A stretch of DNA of 63,253 nt, the filler included, from Octopus bimaculoides (Eukaryota): NCBI RefSeq assembly GCF_001194135.2. It is 7 parts of 7 records of this genome, joined end to end, with 100 filler letters (N's around TTAATTAATTAA, not from the genome) between each part and the next. Parts side by side here need not be neighbours in the genome. Positions count along the whole stretch, not along the records: positions 1 to 8,794 come from NC_068997.1; positions 8,895 to 24,298 come from NC_068995.1; 5 more parts are not named here. One strand, 5' to 3'. Under the pieces are notes generated by a model. The model worked only from the letters and a program-made list of their open reading frames with translations. It did no database searches and was not told the origin of the DNA. A program made the translations under genes and the position numbers. Of this stretch, positions 1 through 14,060 are shown in pieces; the stretch's first letter is position 1; the number at the start of each line of letters is the position of its first letter.

Positions 1-33
1 AATAATAATAATAATAATAATAATAATAGTTAT

Positions 34-252
34 AATAATCCTTTCTATTATAGGCACAAGGCCTCAAATCTGTGGGGAGGGGCAAAGTCAATTGCATCGA
101 CTCCCAGTGCGTAACTGGTATTTATTTTATCGACCTCGAAAGGATGAAAGGCAAAGTCGACCTCGGCGGAATTTCAACACAGAATGTAAAGAGGAGCGAA
201 ATACAGCTAAGCATTTCGTCCAGCGTGCTAACGACTCTGCCAGATCGCCAAC
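34..252 (-). mobile_element. tRNA-derived SINE, family A (~210 bp, TTA-repeat tail), full length
   Basis: Reverse complement has the head TGGCGATCTGGCAGAGTCGTTAGCACG, a B-box-like segment, the body GTCGACTTTGCCTTTCATCCTTTCG and the tail GGCCTTGTGCCTATAATAGAAAGGATTATTAT. Matches the copies at 8483 and 31031. Flanked by (AAT)n on both sides. Confidence 0.85.
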
Positions 253-253
253 T

Positions 254-316
<63 letters not shown>

Positions 317-342
317 TGATGATGATGATGATGATGATAATA

Positions 343-2189
343 ATAAGGATGCTGAATGGTTATAAGAACTCAAACAAACAGTTGTCTATCCAAAACAGGC
401 AGAACTAGTCATTTCAGCTAGGGAAGTGAAGGAAATCAGAAAAAAAAAATGGGCTGCTGGAAGGCTCCGGGACCAGATGGAGTTCAAGGCTACTGGATCC
501 AAAAATTTGGTTAAAGTCATGCACGAATAGTTGCAAAAGTCAACACTTTATTAAATGCCAACCAAGTAACACCAGAATAGTTGACAATGTGTAGGATAGT
601 GCCGTGCTTGTAAAACATCGAAAAAGGCCGATATCCTGCTTGCCACTTACGTGGAAATTATTGAATGGAATAGTTGCAGAGTCAAGGTACGTACAACTGG
701 AAATAAAGGGAGTCCTGCCACGTGAGAAGAAGGGTTCCAAGCGTAAGTGCAGAGGTACCTGGTAGACAAAACTGTACTTAGAGACTGCAAAAGGAGGGAA
801 TCTAACTTAGCCAATTATCATAAGGCGTACGATATGATCCCCCAACCTTGGATTATGGAATGTACGAACCTATTTGGTATTGTATCGAATGTTCAGCGAT
901 TGCTTGGAAAAAGTATGGTGAAGCGGAGGGCGAAACTACCAGCATATGATAGATGTTTAGGGACAAGAGAAATCGGTGGGGGGGGGGGATCTTCCAAAGG
1001 GACTACTTCTCCCCACTGATCTTTGTACTGTGCCTGATACCACTAACACTGATTCTGAAGAAAGCAAAGGCTGGGTATGCATTAAAAAGCTGCCAACAAA
1101 AAATCAATCACTTGCTATTCATGGATGATCTCAAATTTTATGGTAAAGATGAATCCCAAGTCAGTTCCCTTATTGATACGATGCATACTTTCAGTTCTGA
1201 TATCAGAATGGAGTTAGGACTGAAAAAGTGTGGTGTGTTAGTCTTGAAGAGAGGCAAAATGAAATATATGGACGGGCTAGCGATACCGTCGGGGAAGGTT
1301 ATAAAGTAGATAGAAGAGTCGGGCTATAAGTACTTGGGGATACTGGAAATGCATAAATTCATAGAGAAAGAAATGACAGAAAAATTTAAGGTGGAGTACT
1401 TGCGCAGACTGAAATTGATTCTTAAGTCGAAATTAAACGGACAGAATAAGATTGAAGCTACCAACACCTGGACGGTTTCACTCCTTAGATATGGAGCAGG
1501 GGTAATCGCATGAACAGTAGACGAATTAAACAGCTCAACCAGAAAGACAAGGAAGTTGTTGACTAAATATGTGATATTCCACCCAAAAAGTGACACAGAC
1601 AAACTATATGTACCAAGAAAAAGAGGGGAAGAGGACTGATTTGATGCGAACACAGCGTTAGAGCAGAAGAAAAGAACATAGTATGGTATGTAACAAATTC
1701 CACAGAACCACTATTATTGGAAGTAACAAAGTCAGGCTTGTGTAGGATGGAAGATTGCTAAGATAAAGTGCAGTAAAAGCACTTGAGAATGAATGAAACT
1801 GAAAATAGGTGGATAAAGAAAAGAATGCATGGACAATTTCATAGGAATGCTGAAGGTAAGGCATATAGAAAGAAGATAGCTATGGATGCCTAAAAGTGAT
1901 TTGAAACCGGAAACGGAGGCTCTAATCTGTGCTGCCCAAGAGCAAGCACTAAGAATAGAGAATAGATAACACATCTGAAAGTGATAAGTGCAGAATTTGT
2001 GGACAAAATACCGAAACAGTATGACATATTACCAGTCAATGTACACCACTAGCCCAGAAAGAATATAAGAGACGTCATGAAAATATAGAAAGAATTGTCC
2101 ATTGGACACTTTGCAACATGTATGCACTTGACAAAGCAAAAAGTGGTACGAAAATAAACCGGAAGGCATCATCGAAAATGATAATGTGA
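343..2189 (+). mobile_element. Dong/R4-clade non-LTR retrotransposon, 5'-truncated and decayed (RT plus C-terminal zinc-knuckle region)
   Basis: Frameshifted translation gives WKAPGPDGVQGYW, YHKAYDMIPQPWIMEC, GIFQRDYFSPLIFVLCLIPL, INHLLFMDDLKFYG, YKYLGILE, HPKSDTDKLYVPRKRG, MHGQF, ETEALICAAQEQAL, CRICGQNTETV-HITSQCTPLAQKEYKRRH and a final W-ENKPEGIIEND. This motif order is typical of R4/Dong ORFs. Many stops and frameshifts. Confidence 0.9.
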
Positions 2190-2289
2190 TGAAAAGGAGC
2201 ATCTCGGTTTTGACTTCTCTACACGAAAGAAGTATATTAGGTAGAAGGTACCAGAAGATAAAGTAAAGTCGGAAAACTAGAAGGGGCTG

Positions 2290-2664
2290 GTGTTAAGGGG
2301 CAAACTGCCCTCCGAATATTCCAAAGAAGCCCCATATCCGAGAAGACGTAAAAGAACTGTGACTGACAGCATACGAGTGGGTGGTAGAATTGACGGTCAG
2401 AAGTGTCCCCTTATGATTGATTTGGCCTCGGAGCAGACTTTTGTGAGACCCGAGATGTTACAGCATCGTCTCTGCTGTCTCTCAATACTCTCTCAAAGCT
2501 CTCTGTCATGTAGTCAAGGTATGCCGGATTTATACCGGTGGTTAGGCTCAGAAAGAAGCGCACCTACAGATGAATTCGTCGCTGGAACCTATTCTACGGG
2601 AAATCGTGATTGGTTAGTATTTTTTCATGTGGGTAATATTGTAGCGTATCGTTACATCGGATGA
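2290..2664 (+). mobile_element. possible LTR-retrotransposon aspartic protease remnant that truncates the Dong copy
   Basis: IDGQKCPLMIDLASEQTFV resembles the retropepsin pattern ING..L.DTGS..T.I, with a degenerate catalytic motif. No other gag/pol motifs recognised. Confidence 0.3.
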
Positions 2665-3619
2665 TTGGTAAACATTCTCGTTACAAATATACAAATATTC
2701 AAGCTTATATCAATAAGAGGGTCTGGGTGGGTGAGAGAAACCTGACAAATTGTTAAACTAGCCGATTCTAACCTCACTGCAAGCATTCGTTGGGCAAAAT
2801 TTAACAGCAAAACTAAATGCATAAGGATGTTTGTCTGTATAGGTATTTATGCGATCGCATGCTATATTAGAGCAGTTTCTCTTGAGGTTCCCAATTCGAA
2901 ATAGCTTGTTATCCTGAATTGCTCAAGGAGTAAACACTTCTTAATACAAAAAGACATTTCTTATGTTCTTATTTACCATGAAATTGTTTACCAATGAAAT
3001 CCTAGCATTGAGAAGGTTTGAAACTGCTTTAACTTCAGTCTCACATAGGGTGCTGCTGACAATTCAAGCGCAGAGTGATAACTTCATAAAATCGAGTCTC
3101 AGGGAACATCAACATATTGAACTGATATAGTATAACGGGATGAAATTACGGGGAATTTTGTTTTAATCTTATCAATTCTATGCATCTTTGTTTTATGAAT
3201 ATACTCTATTGCTTCACAACATTTTCTTTTTGTTAAGGCTTTCATTCACACAAATCACACAAATTAATACACTATATGTTACTATGAAAAGATGAACAAT
3301 TTCCTGATATGCGATACTAGACACACTGATAATAAGTTGAGATGGTTGCAGCTGGAGCGCATTTGATCGTAGTTCTTTACGAACACGAATGAGCAAGGTC
3401 TAAATAGTAAACAACAATATTCTCTCATTTTTTTTATTATAATGGAATAACAAACAGGTGTCAATATATATTTATGTTTGTGCATTGGTTATATGAATTC
3501 AAATGGATAACATGTATATATGTAATATTCGTATAAATGCTCGTGTCATACAATTAAGAGATTTCTGTGTCACAAATCTGCTATTTCAGATTACAAAAAT
3601 ATTGATTTCAAATTTTTAC

Positions 3620-3808
3620 ACAAGGAAAGCAATTTACGGGGAAGAGTTGATTAAATCGACCCTAATTTACACCTTGTAATTATTTTATCCGTCCCGAAAT
3701 AATGAAAGGCAAAGTCGATTCCGACGGCGTTTGAACTCAAAATGCAGAGATGGACAAAATGCTGCGAAGCATTTTTCCCGGCGGTCTAACGATTCTGCCA
3801 GCTCACAG
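3620..3808 (-). mobile_element. SINE family A, diverged
   Basis: Contains atgaaaggcaaagtcgattccgacggcgtttgaactc ... ctaacgattctgccagctc, the reverse complement of the family A head and body. Confidence 0.75.
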
Positions 3809-4137
3809 CCTTATATTACATAAATATTGCAAGTACTTTACAATGATATTCGATATTTTGAAGTTGTTACTGTACTTTTCACCAGGTATAACCCATGCTC
3901 AGAAACGTAACAACAACAACAAAAACAGCTAAGTGGCTGCTCGATTACTACAGGTAGTAACTATATCAACCTCAAATCCTGTATTAGCAACTTAAAAGGG
4001 AAAATATCGCAGCTGGATGGTCCTTTGATCAGAGTTGGCCAGTGTCAATCAGGCACAACCTTCACCAGTGGCAGCGAAAAATTCTAATACCACTATCCAC
4101 AATAACCTTACGATCATCATCTCCATCATCATCATCG

Positions 4138-4173
<36 letters not shown>

Positions 4174-5638
4174 ACGACAACTATTAATACTATACTACTA
4201 CTACAACAATTACAACTCCAAAACAACAACAAAAAAAAAATCATCGTTGCGACTGAATGCAATGTGAAATGTAAACAGCGAAAGTACAATAACAGGAAGG
4301 TACCGTTACCGCCGTCGTCGTTACTTTCATCATCATCGTCATGGTCATAAGTAATGGTTATAAGCTATAACCGCCACCGCCATCACCACCGTTACCACAA
4401 CCACCATTACCATGATAATGATGATGATGATGATGATGATGATCATCATCAACTTTATCATCAACATGATTACACTAATGTAATTAAATACCGACTCAAA
4501 ACGAAAGTATAGCTAGATGAATATATTTCTTCTAAAGATACTCTCATCTCATCAGACTGTTCCATTTTAGCGAAATATGGCAGCACTATTACGATTTAGT
4601 TTAAAAGACACACATATCACCCACAGATATATACATCCGCTAAATGATCTCCATACACATACAGGCACACACAGACACACTCACACACATACACACCTAA
4701 GAAATGATCGATATACATCGCGGATATGATCAAGATACATACACTAAATGATATACAAAAACGGAAATGCTGGAATTTACATGGAAACACAATTAAGATG
4801 AAGTTTTTTGTAATTATACTCCTTCTTTCCAATGAAAACAAAACATTTGGCTGCTTGTTTCAATTTCTTCTACTTTATTTGTATATAAATGAGAAAGTGT
4901 CTTACAAATACACGCATATATCCAAGCATATAAATGTATTATACATATATGCATATATATATGTATATATATACACGCATATAAAATAAATATATGTATA
5001 TTTTTATATATCTACACACATACATTGATACACACAACTATGTTAATACAAACAAAACATTGCGTGTCTATGTGTGTACATGTGTGTGTATGTGTGTGTA
5101 TCTGTGAATATACATAATCTAAAATTGCAAACTAGATTAAAAGTACTAAAGACAGTAGAAAACAAGGAGATCCGTACGTGACAGTATATATGTATGTGTT
5201 TGTGCGCGAACGTTATGTGTATACGTTGGCATATGTATAATTTAAGGCACTGAATACATATTAGTATACGCACAGACATATGCTTATGTTTTTAAATGTA
5301 ACTGTGTGTAGGTAATAGGTATGTATATATATATATATATNNNNNNNNNNNNNNNNNNNNNNNNNNNNNNNNNNNNNNNNNNNNNNNNNNNNNNNNNNNN
5401 NNNNNNNNNNNNNNNNNNNNNNNNNNNNNNNNNNNNNNNNNNNNNNNNNNNNNNNNNNNNNNNNNNNNNNNNNNNNNNNNNNNNNNNNNNNNNNNNNNNN
5501 NNNNNNNNNNNNNNNNNNNNNNNNNNNNNNNNNNNNNNNNNNNNNNNNNNNNNNNNNNNNNNNNNNNNNNNNNNNNNNNNNNNNNNNNNNNNNNNNNNNN
5601 NNNNNNNNNNNNNNNNNNNNNNNNNNNNNNATACATAT

Positions 5639-5701
<63 letters not shown>

Positions 5702-6017
5702 GGAGCGTGATACATACCACTTTACATATATGCGCACAATTACAAATATTTCATACTTGATTATTATTTTGTGTACACCAACCATCATATGTGTGAGTGT
5801 GTACATATCTATGTAGATGTGCATGTAAAGGTATTTCTATAATTCAAGCATTCATGGGTTGTTAAGAGTGCTGGTACGTGTGCGAACATGATGGATATGG
5901 ATGTATACAGGTGTGCGTACGTACGTATGTAGGTATGTATGATATATATATATATATATGTATGTATGTATGATATATATATGCATAATATTTATGTGTA
6001 TAATATGTGTATGCATG

Positions 6018-6061
<44 letters not shown>

Positions 6062-8414
6062 GCGTGTGTGTGTTTGTGTGTGTGCGTGTATATATATATA
6101 TATATGTATATATGAATGAATGCATGAATGTACATGTTGAAAATGTGCCTATGACTTTTTTTACAGAAAGCATTAATTATATGCTACTGTTAATGTGTTC
6201 ATATACTAGGGTACTACAAGTCTATTAATACAGATATGGAATATGTAGATATTATTTGTATGAACATATAAACACACACACAGACACATGCATATACATA
6301 CATACACATAGGTATATAAGTAATAACGTATACGCATATATCTGTGCCGTACCTGCGTATTAAGATATAAATATGTATATATATATATATATATATAAAA
6401 AAGTAAATATATATGCATGTGTTCCGTCAATGTTATTTATCTGTATGTTTGCACGCCTAAGTTTTAGTCAACATCTCTGAAAGTGTAGTATACTGTATAG
6501 GGGAGGCGGTGTACATATATTCCTTGTTACAAGAAAATATATGTAGATAATTGTATGTGTGTGTGTATGCACATATATATTTATGTATGTATTTATTTGT
6601 GTGCAATAAAATACGTATATGTGACTGAAACAAGAAAACAAGCAACAAAAATAAGCGTGAACATTCTATTTCTAATGATTTTTAACATTTTCAAACATTT
6701 TTTTTCTTCTTGCTTACATACTTAGTTTAGTATATATCTAAAATTGCGTTAACGAGCCACGAGAATTCCCTATTTTTTTCTTTCGGAAGGTTTATATTTT
6801 CTGTTTTTGTGGGTACAGATCAAAACAGGGCTCTGTTTCACCTATATCCAGCTAATTACTAATGTTCGTTTTATGCTGAACTTGCTGAACTGAAAGAATG
6901 TTTTTTATAAATTCAGCTTTGTGGGGCAAATACCAAAATAGTTTATTGTTAATGTGAAATGGCTGCGAGTGGAGGTGGTCTGCATTTATATTGATATGAT
7001 CAAGAAGAATTTTCAATCTTAATCAAATGATACTTCTTTATATGGGTGATACTTAATTTCAATTCACATCAACCTAGAAAACATAACTTGAACCCACGTT
7101 TGTGCGTGCGTATGTCTGTATGTATGTGTGTGTGTGTGTTTGTGTGTGTGCATGTGTGTATGTGTCTGCGTGTATGTTACTGTGTGTATGTGTGTGTGTG
7201 CGCGAGTTTGCGTGTTACCGTGTGAGTGGGTGTGTTTGTGGCTGTGTATATGTGAGTGTATACATATTCACACGCACATGTACATATATATATATATATA
7301 TATAAAATATATAGTTTTAGGGAAACTATATATTTTTATAAATTGATTTTAATTGAGTTTTTTACCTGTAATTTTGGATTTTGTCCCTAATATTATTATA
7401 TATATATATATATNNNNNNNNNNNNNNNNNNNNNNNNNNNNNNNNNNNNNNNNNNNNNNNNNNNNNNNNNNNNNNNNNNNNNNNNNNNNNNNNNNNNNNN
7501 NNNNNNNNNNNNNNNNNNNNNNNNNNNNNNNNNNNNNNNNNNNNNNNNNNNNNNNNNNNNNNNNNNNNNNNNNNNNNNNNNNNNNNNNNNNNNNNNNNNN
7601 NNNNNNNNNNNNNNNNNNNNNNNNNNNNNNNNNNNNNNNNAAAAAAGGGGTTTTGTATGATTGTGTATAGAGGAATATATTATTTTGTTTAAAAGAGTTC
7701 CAACTCTGTCTGTTTTTTATGTTTTATTTATATTCTTGTAAAGTTAATGTGGGATATAGAATATGGAATATACAATATATAATATAAAAATGGATGGTAC
7801 AATGAAATAAAGTATTGAATGTCTTATTGAATATATGGAATATGTCTTATTGAATAGATGAAATATTGAGTGTTCTATATAAAGGATTAAATATATAAAG
7901 GCGAATACGTATTTTCTATACCTTGTGGTATTTCATCATGGCCGGTATGACAGACTTTAACAGACTGTCTGTGCATATATATATGCACACATACAAGCAT
8001 TTATTTGTGTTCACTGTGACTTCTTAATAAGTAATTGCAAGATACCCCTCTGTATAAAGTTTTCCACAACGAGCAACGTGTGTTACAGTTTGAATAGAGA
8101 TATATACTTTACCAATTAATGAGAAATATTATCTAACAATCCTAATTTTGAAAGAAAAGTAAGCTTTGATTTACAAAGTAGCTGAACATTTTCTTTCGCG
8201 CTGCTCGTTAGAGACAACCTTACAATGTTATTCTGTATTATTGTCAGTGAATATAACGTTCACTGTAAAACGCATTCCGATGGATTTCTTTATAAACACC
8301 TTCTGTGATTTACTTATTTCAATTAAACCATTCTGCTGTTTCTTACAAAATCGATTCGACGAAATAATCTTTGAAGGCACATTGTTGTAGTTGTCGTTGT
8401 TGTTGTTGTTGTTG

Positions 8415-8482
<68 letters not shown>

Positions 8483-8697
8483 GGAACGGTGAGCTGGCAG
8501 AATCGTTAGCACGCTGGACCAAATGCTTCGCGGTATTTCGAATGCTGCTACATTCTAAGTTCAAATTCCACCGAAGTCGACTTTGTCTTTCATCCTTTCG
8601 GTATCGATAAATTAAGTACCATTGAAATTCTGGGGTCAATGTAATCGATTAGTCCCCTACCCCAAAATTTCAGGCCTTGTGCCTATAAAAGAAAGGA

Positions 8698-8700
<3 letters not shown>
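8483..8700 (+). mobile_element. SINE family A, full length, sitting inside a (TTA)n microsatellite
   Basis: A-box-like GAGCTGGCAGAATCGTTAG, B-box AAGTTCAAATTCC, body and tail to GAAAGGATTATTATT. (TTA)n lies directly upstream and (TTA/TCA)n downstream. Confidence 0.85.
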
Positions 8701-8791
<91 letters not shown>

Positions 8792-8838
8792 CGGNNNNNN
8801 NNNNNNNNNNNNNNNNNNNNNNNNNNNNNNNNNNNNNN

Positions 8839-8850
8839 TTAATTAATTAA
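8839..8850. other. synthetic gap linker TTAATTAATTAA (assembly artefact); also at 24343-24354, 31380-31391, 58097-58108, 60212-60223 and 61754-61765
   Basis: The same 12-mer palindrome, which has stops in all six frames, sits in the centre of six N-gaps of about 100 nt each. Confidence 0.95.
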
Positions 8851-8894
8851 NNNNNNNNNNNNNNNNNNNNNNNNNNNNNNNNNNNNNNNNNNNN

Positions 8895-8932
<38 letters not shown>

Positions 8933-9279
8933 ATATATATATATATTTGTCGCTGTTTAGTAAAGAGTTGGTTGCAATTTACTTACTGAATTTATTTATC
9001 GATATGGTTGTACATAGGGTAAATGTGTTTGAAAGTTGTGGTTTCTTTGGTTTGTTTCTTCCCAAACAGCACTTATTTTATTGATGTTGGGACCGCCAAG
9101 TTGAATGTTACTGGTCATGTGTCAAAACCATAATGTTACCCAGGAGGCAGCTGATGATGCTGGTATGTTGGATTGTTTGTATGGCTGTTTTTGTGTATGT
9201 GGAATAGTATTATTGTATTTTTGGTATGGCTGTGAATAGTATTATAACGCATCCTTTTGATATATATACATATATATAC

Positions 9280-9323
<44 letters not shown>

Positions 9324-9453
9324 GTGTATATAAACGTATGTATTTAACAGAATGTATATGTATGCGTGTGTATATACATGGGTATTTAAATCTGGCAGTG
9401 CCCTAGATATATTTGTGTGTGTGTATATGCTTAAGTCAGACAGTATATGTGTG

Positions 9454-9516
<63 letters not shown>

Positions 9517-9837
9517 CACACACATGTATCCATGTGATTATATAAGTAAATATTTTATTTAATCTATATATGCATCTGCGTATGTAGGTGCGTATGCTCG
9601 TAGCAATGTAGGTATGCTTGTATGTATGTATAAACACTTGTGGGAGGCGTGGGTGTATGCGAGTGAATGTGTATATGTGGTATGTATATATATTATATGT
9701 GCATGTGTGTATATGTTCGGACGTGATATGCGTATATATGTATGTGTGTATCTACGTATGTGTATGTTAAGTGTGTGCATGCGATATGCGTCTTTATATG
9801 TATATGTGTGTGTAAGTGTGAGTGTGCATGTGTATTT

Positions 9838-9869
<32 letters not shown>

Positions 9870-10719
9870 CTGTGTGTGTGTGTGTGTGTGTTTGTGTGTG
9901 TATGTGTGTGTGTGTGTGTGTGTGTGAGCTTGAGTGAAAGGTGGGAATGAGTTTCTATTCTGTGTGAGTGTAGTAGACAAAGTGATCACATGATCTGAAA
10001 ACAAGAACTGGTTGAGGAAAATATTGAACGGATGAGATGGGAAAAGAGAGAGAGAGAGGGGGGGGGGTTCTAGAAGTAAGAGAGGGGTGGAAATAGAGAG
10101 AGAGGAAAAGGCTGAGATAGACAGAGAGAGACAGAAAGTGAGAAAGACTAAGAGAATTAAGACTAGAGAGATGAACCAGGAGATAGAAATAGAGAAAGAA
10201 GTAAATTGAAGAGTGATAGTGAACGAGAGAGAGAGGGGGAGAAACTGAGAGAGAGAGTGAGTGAGTGCGTGAGTGAGTTGGTGAGAGGCAGAGGCAAACA
10301 AACAGAGAGTGTGGAGAGACCGATAAAGAAAGAGTAACAGAGAGTGGGAGGGAGAGAGAGAGAGATAATGAATAAAGAACATGGGGGTATTTGAATATGA
10401 AACAGAACGAAGTTTTGTAGGCGTGTGTGTTGGCGGGCATCCGGAAGATTACAGGGAAATAAGAAAACAGCCATGAAAATACAAAGCCAGGGAATCGTTA
10501 AATGTAGCGAGAAGATAGAGGGAGAAAGCGAGGGAGAAAGCGAGAAGAGAAGAGAAATTGGGTTTATGAGGGTGTAGCAAATGAGTCTTTAAAAGATTGT
10601 CTGAGAGAACAGGGGAGTAGAGAGGGGTGGAGACAGATGGAGGGAGAGAATGGAGGGGGAGGCCTGTAAGTGAATTTGTTATTGATATTGATATATGTGT
10701 GATTATAAATGTGATCGAT

Positions 10720-10751
<32 letters not shown>

Positions 10752-10916
10752 GAAAAGACACATAGATAGATAGATAGATAGATAGATAGACAATCAGTCA
10801 GTCAGACGGACAGACAGATTGACAGAACAGATAGATAGATGGACTGACAAATAGAGAGATTGTTAGACAGATAAATAAATAGAGAGAGAGGGGGGAGAGG
10901 GAGAGACTTTCTTTTA

Positions 10917-11022
10917 AAGCCTCGTACTTATTCTTTAATCTTCTAACCCGAACCGCTAATTTACGGGGACGTAAGCACACCAACACCGGTTGTCAAGCGG
11001 TGGTGGCCACAAACACAGGCAC
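10917..11022 (-). mobile_element. tRNA-derived SINE family B (~400 bp, central AT/GT microsatellite), 3' half
   Basis: aagcctcgtacttattct ... gaaccgctaatttacggggacgtaagcacaccaacaccggttgtcaagcg matches the 3' half of the full copies at 27945 and 34135. Confidence 0.75.
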
Positions 11023-11046
11023 AAACGGGCATTCACACATTGATGC

Positions 11047-11112
<66 letters not shown>

Positions 11113-11473
11113 NNNNNNNNNNNNNNNNNNNNNNNNNNNNNNNNNNNNNNNNNNNNNNNNNNNNNNNNNNNNNNNNNNNNNNNNNNNNNNNNNNNNNNNN
11201 NNNNNNNNNNNNNNNNNNNNNNNNNNNNNNNNNNNNNNNNNNNNNNNNNNNNNNNNNNNNNNNNNNNNNNNNNNNNNNNNNNNNNNNNNNNNNNNNNNNN
11301 NNNNNNNNNNNNNNNNNNNNNNNNNNNNNNNNNNNNNNNNNNNNNNNNNNNNNNNNNNNNNNNNNNNNNNNNNNNNNNNNNNNNNNNNNNNNNNNNNNNN
11401 NNNNNNNNNNNNNNNNNNNNNNNNNNNNNNNNNNNNNNNNNNNNNNNNNNNNNNNNNNNNNNNNNNNNNNNNN

Positions 11474-11506
<33 letters not shown>

Positions 11507-11668
11507 ATATGTATTATTCCCTGAAGACGTGTATGGCAACTTATATGTTTGACTTAAACTTGACGGTCAAATATAGCTTTATACAGAAATATAGCTTTAT
11601 CCATTAATAATGGATATTAGCGTCAAATCTCTCTCTTAAATGTAAAAATTTAAAACTTTGGGTATATG

Positions 11669-11703
<35 letters not shown>

Positions 11704-11723
11704 ACATACATACATACATACAT

Positions 11724-11842
11724 ACGACGGGCCTCTTCCAGTTTCCGTCTGCAAAATCCACTCATAGGCCAAGGAGTTACGCAGTGGATCAGAACCCGGA
11801 ACCATGTGGTTGGGAAGCAAGCCTTTTCCCACAGAGCCACGC
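11724..11842 (-). mobile_element. SINE family B, 5' half with internal deletion
   Basis: acgacgggcctcttccagtttccgtctgcaaaatccactca ... ggaaccatgtggttgggaagcaagc is the reverse complement of the tRNA-like head plus the conserved central domain. Confidence 0.75.
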
Positions 11843-12480
11843 ATATGCCTATATATGTGTATAAATTATTGTATAATAATGAGGCAAAAAACGAAGGAAC
11901 TGATGTTAGTGATGGCTAATAGGAACAAAATATATGATAAACATAAAAGCCATGAGTTACTTGGAGCCTACGTAAATACTTGCAAATAAAATATGATACT
12001 ATTGTATATTATATCTGGAAAGATCAATATAATTATAAGAAAAGAAGTCATGGAGAAACTAGAAAGGGAAAAGGAAAAAAAATGAGACAAAAGTTTTAAA
12101 AGGAAATATTTGAAGATTGTATATAAGTATAAAATTATATAATACAAGGGCATCAAAGCGGACGATGTACGTCAAGGTAATATATAGAATAAGACTATAA
12201 CGGACAAGTGAAAAATGTGTGCAGGTTGAAGAAATATCATATGAAAAGTAATATACAGTTGATAAAAACTATATTTAAAAAATACATATACATTATTGTT
12301 ATAAATTAGAATGATTATCTAATGCAAATAAATAAATATATATGAATATGTGAGTATAAATGTATGCATAAGCAAATATTCAAACGTTATGTAAATTATA
12401 TGTACGGATATACGTATATAAATGCACATCTGTATATACATAAATGTAGACGACACTCGAGTGTGTGTGCGTGTGTGTGA

Positions 12481-12542
<62 letters not shown>

Positions 12543-13839
12543 TACACATAAATAGAGATACATAACATAATAGGAATGGACATAAACGAATAGGCATTAA
12601 GAAAACAAATACTAAGTATGGTACAGAAGTGTTTTTATTGAGGTTAAACGGTTTCCGATGNNNNNNNNNNNNNNNNNNNNNNNNNNNNNNNNNNNNNNNN
12701 NNNNNNNNNNNNNNNNNNNNNNNNNNNNNNNNNNNNNNNNNNNNNNNNNNNNNNNNNNNNNNNNNNNNNNNNNNNNNNNNNNNNNNNNNNNNNNNNNNNN
12801 NNNNNNNNNNNNNNNNNNNNNNNNNNNNNNNNNNNNNNNNNNNNNNNNNNNNNNNNNNNNNNNNNNNNNNNNNNNNNNNNNNNNNNNNNNNNNNNNNNNN
12901 NNNNNNNNNNNNNNNNNNNNNNNNNNNNNNNNNNNNNNNNNNNNNNNNNNNNNNNNNNNNNNNNNNNNNNNNNNNNNNNNNNNNNNNNNNNNNNNNNNNN
13001 NNNNNNNNNNNNNNNNNNNNNNNNNNNNNNNNNNNNNNNNNNNNNNNNNNNNNNNNNNNNNNNNNNNNNNNNNNNNNNNNNNNNNNNNNNNNNNNNNNNN
13101 NNNNNNNNNNNNNNNNNNNNNNNNNNNNNNNNNNNNNNNNNNNNNNNNNNNNNNNNNNNNNNNNNNNNNNNNNNNNNNNNNNNNNNNNNNNNNNNNNNNN
13201 NNNNNNNNNNNNNNNNNNNNNNNNNNNNNNNNNNNNNNNNNNNNNNNNNNNNNNNNNNNNNNNNNNNNNNNNNNNNNNNNNNNNNNNNNNNNNNNNNNNN
13301 NNNNNNNNNNNNNNNNNNNNNNNNNNNNNNNNNNNNNNNNNNNNNNNNNNNNNNNNNNNNNNNNNNNNNNNNNNNNNNNNNNNNNNNNNNNNNGGAGGAG
13401 GAGGAGGAGGAGGAGGAGGTTGGTGTCAAAGACAGTGACCGATGACGATGACGACGGCCATCACGATGACGACGACGTGTATGATGATGATGATGATGAT
13501 GATAATGGTGGTGGTGGTGGTGGTGATAGTGAATCTAATATCAGAATGTTTGGACAAGGAATGATGGAGCAGCCGATATGCGAAAAAAGATCTTTGCTGA
13601 ACCTCTTCAAAGAATCGGATACCGAGAAGAGAGATTGCGCATAAGCAGGAGAAACATCCCCGGTACCTGACTGCAACTGTATTGATAGACTCCCACGAAA
13701 GGATAAAAGTCACAATCAACCATCGGTGGTGTTTAATTTTTTTGAAAAAAATAGCATAAAGTGTTGTTATTGTCGTAGTTGCTGCATTTTTTTTTTAATC
13801 CGCCCGAAATTAGCGAATTTGCCAAACCGCCATCTTAAC

Positions 13840-14060
13840 TATACTGGTTTCAAACTGTGGCACAAGGCCATCAATCTTGAAGCAAGGGAGCAAGTCGATT
13901 ATATCATCTCCAGTACTTCGCCATTACTTATTTTATCGAACTGAAAACTATGAAAGATAAAGTCGATCTCGGAGGAATTTGAACCCAGAACGTAAAGAGC
14001 TGGAAGAAATGTCGTTAAGAATTTAGTCCGACTCGCTAGCCATTCGACCGGCTTGCCGAC
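13840..14060 (-). mobile_element. SINE family A, diverged, alternative tail subtype (tggtttcaaactgtggcacaaggcc)
   Basis: Family A body aaagtcgatctcggaggaatttgaacccagaacgtaaag plus the second tail type also seen at 16172 and 18611. Confidence 0.7.
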
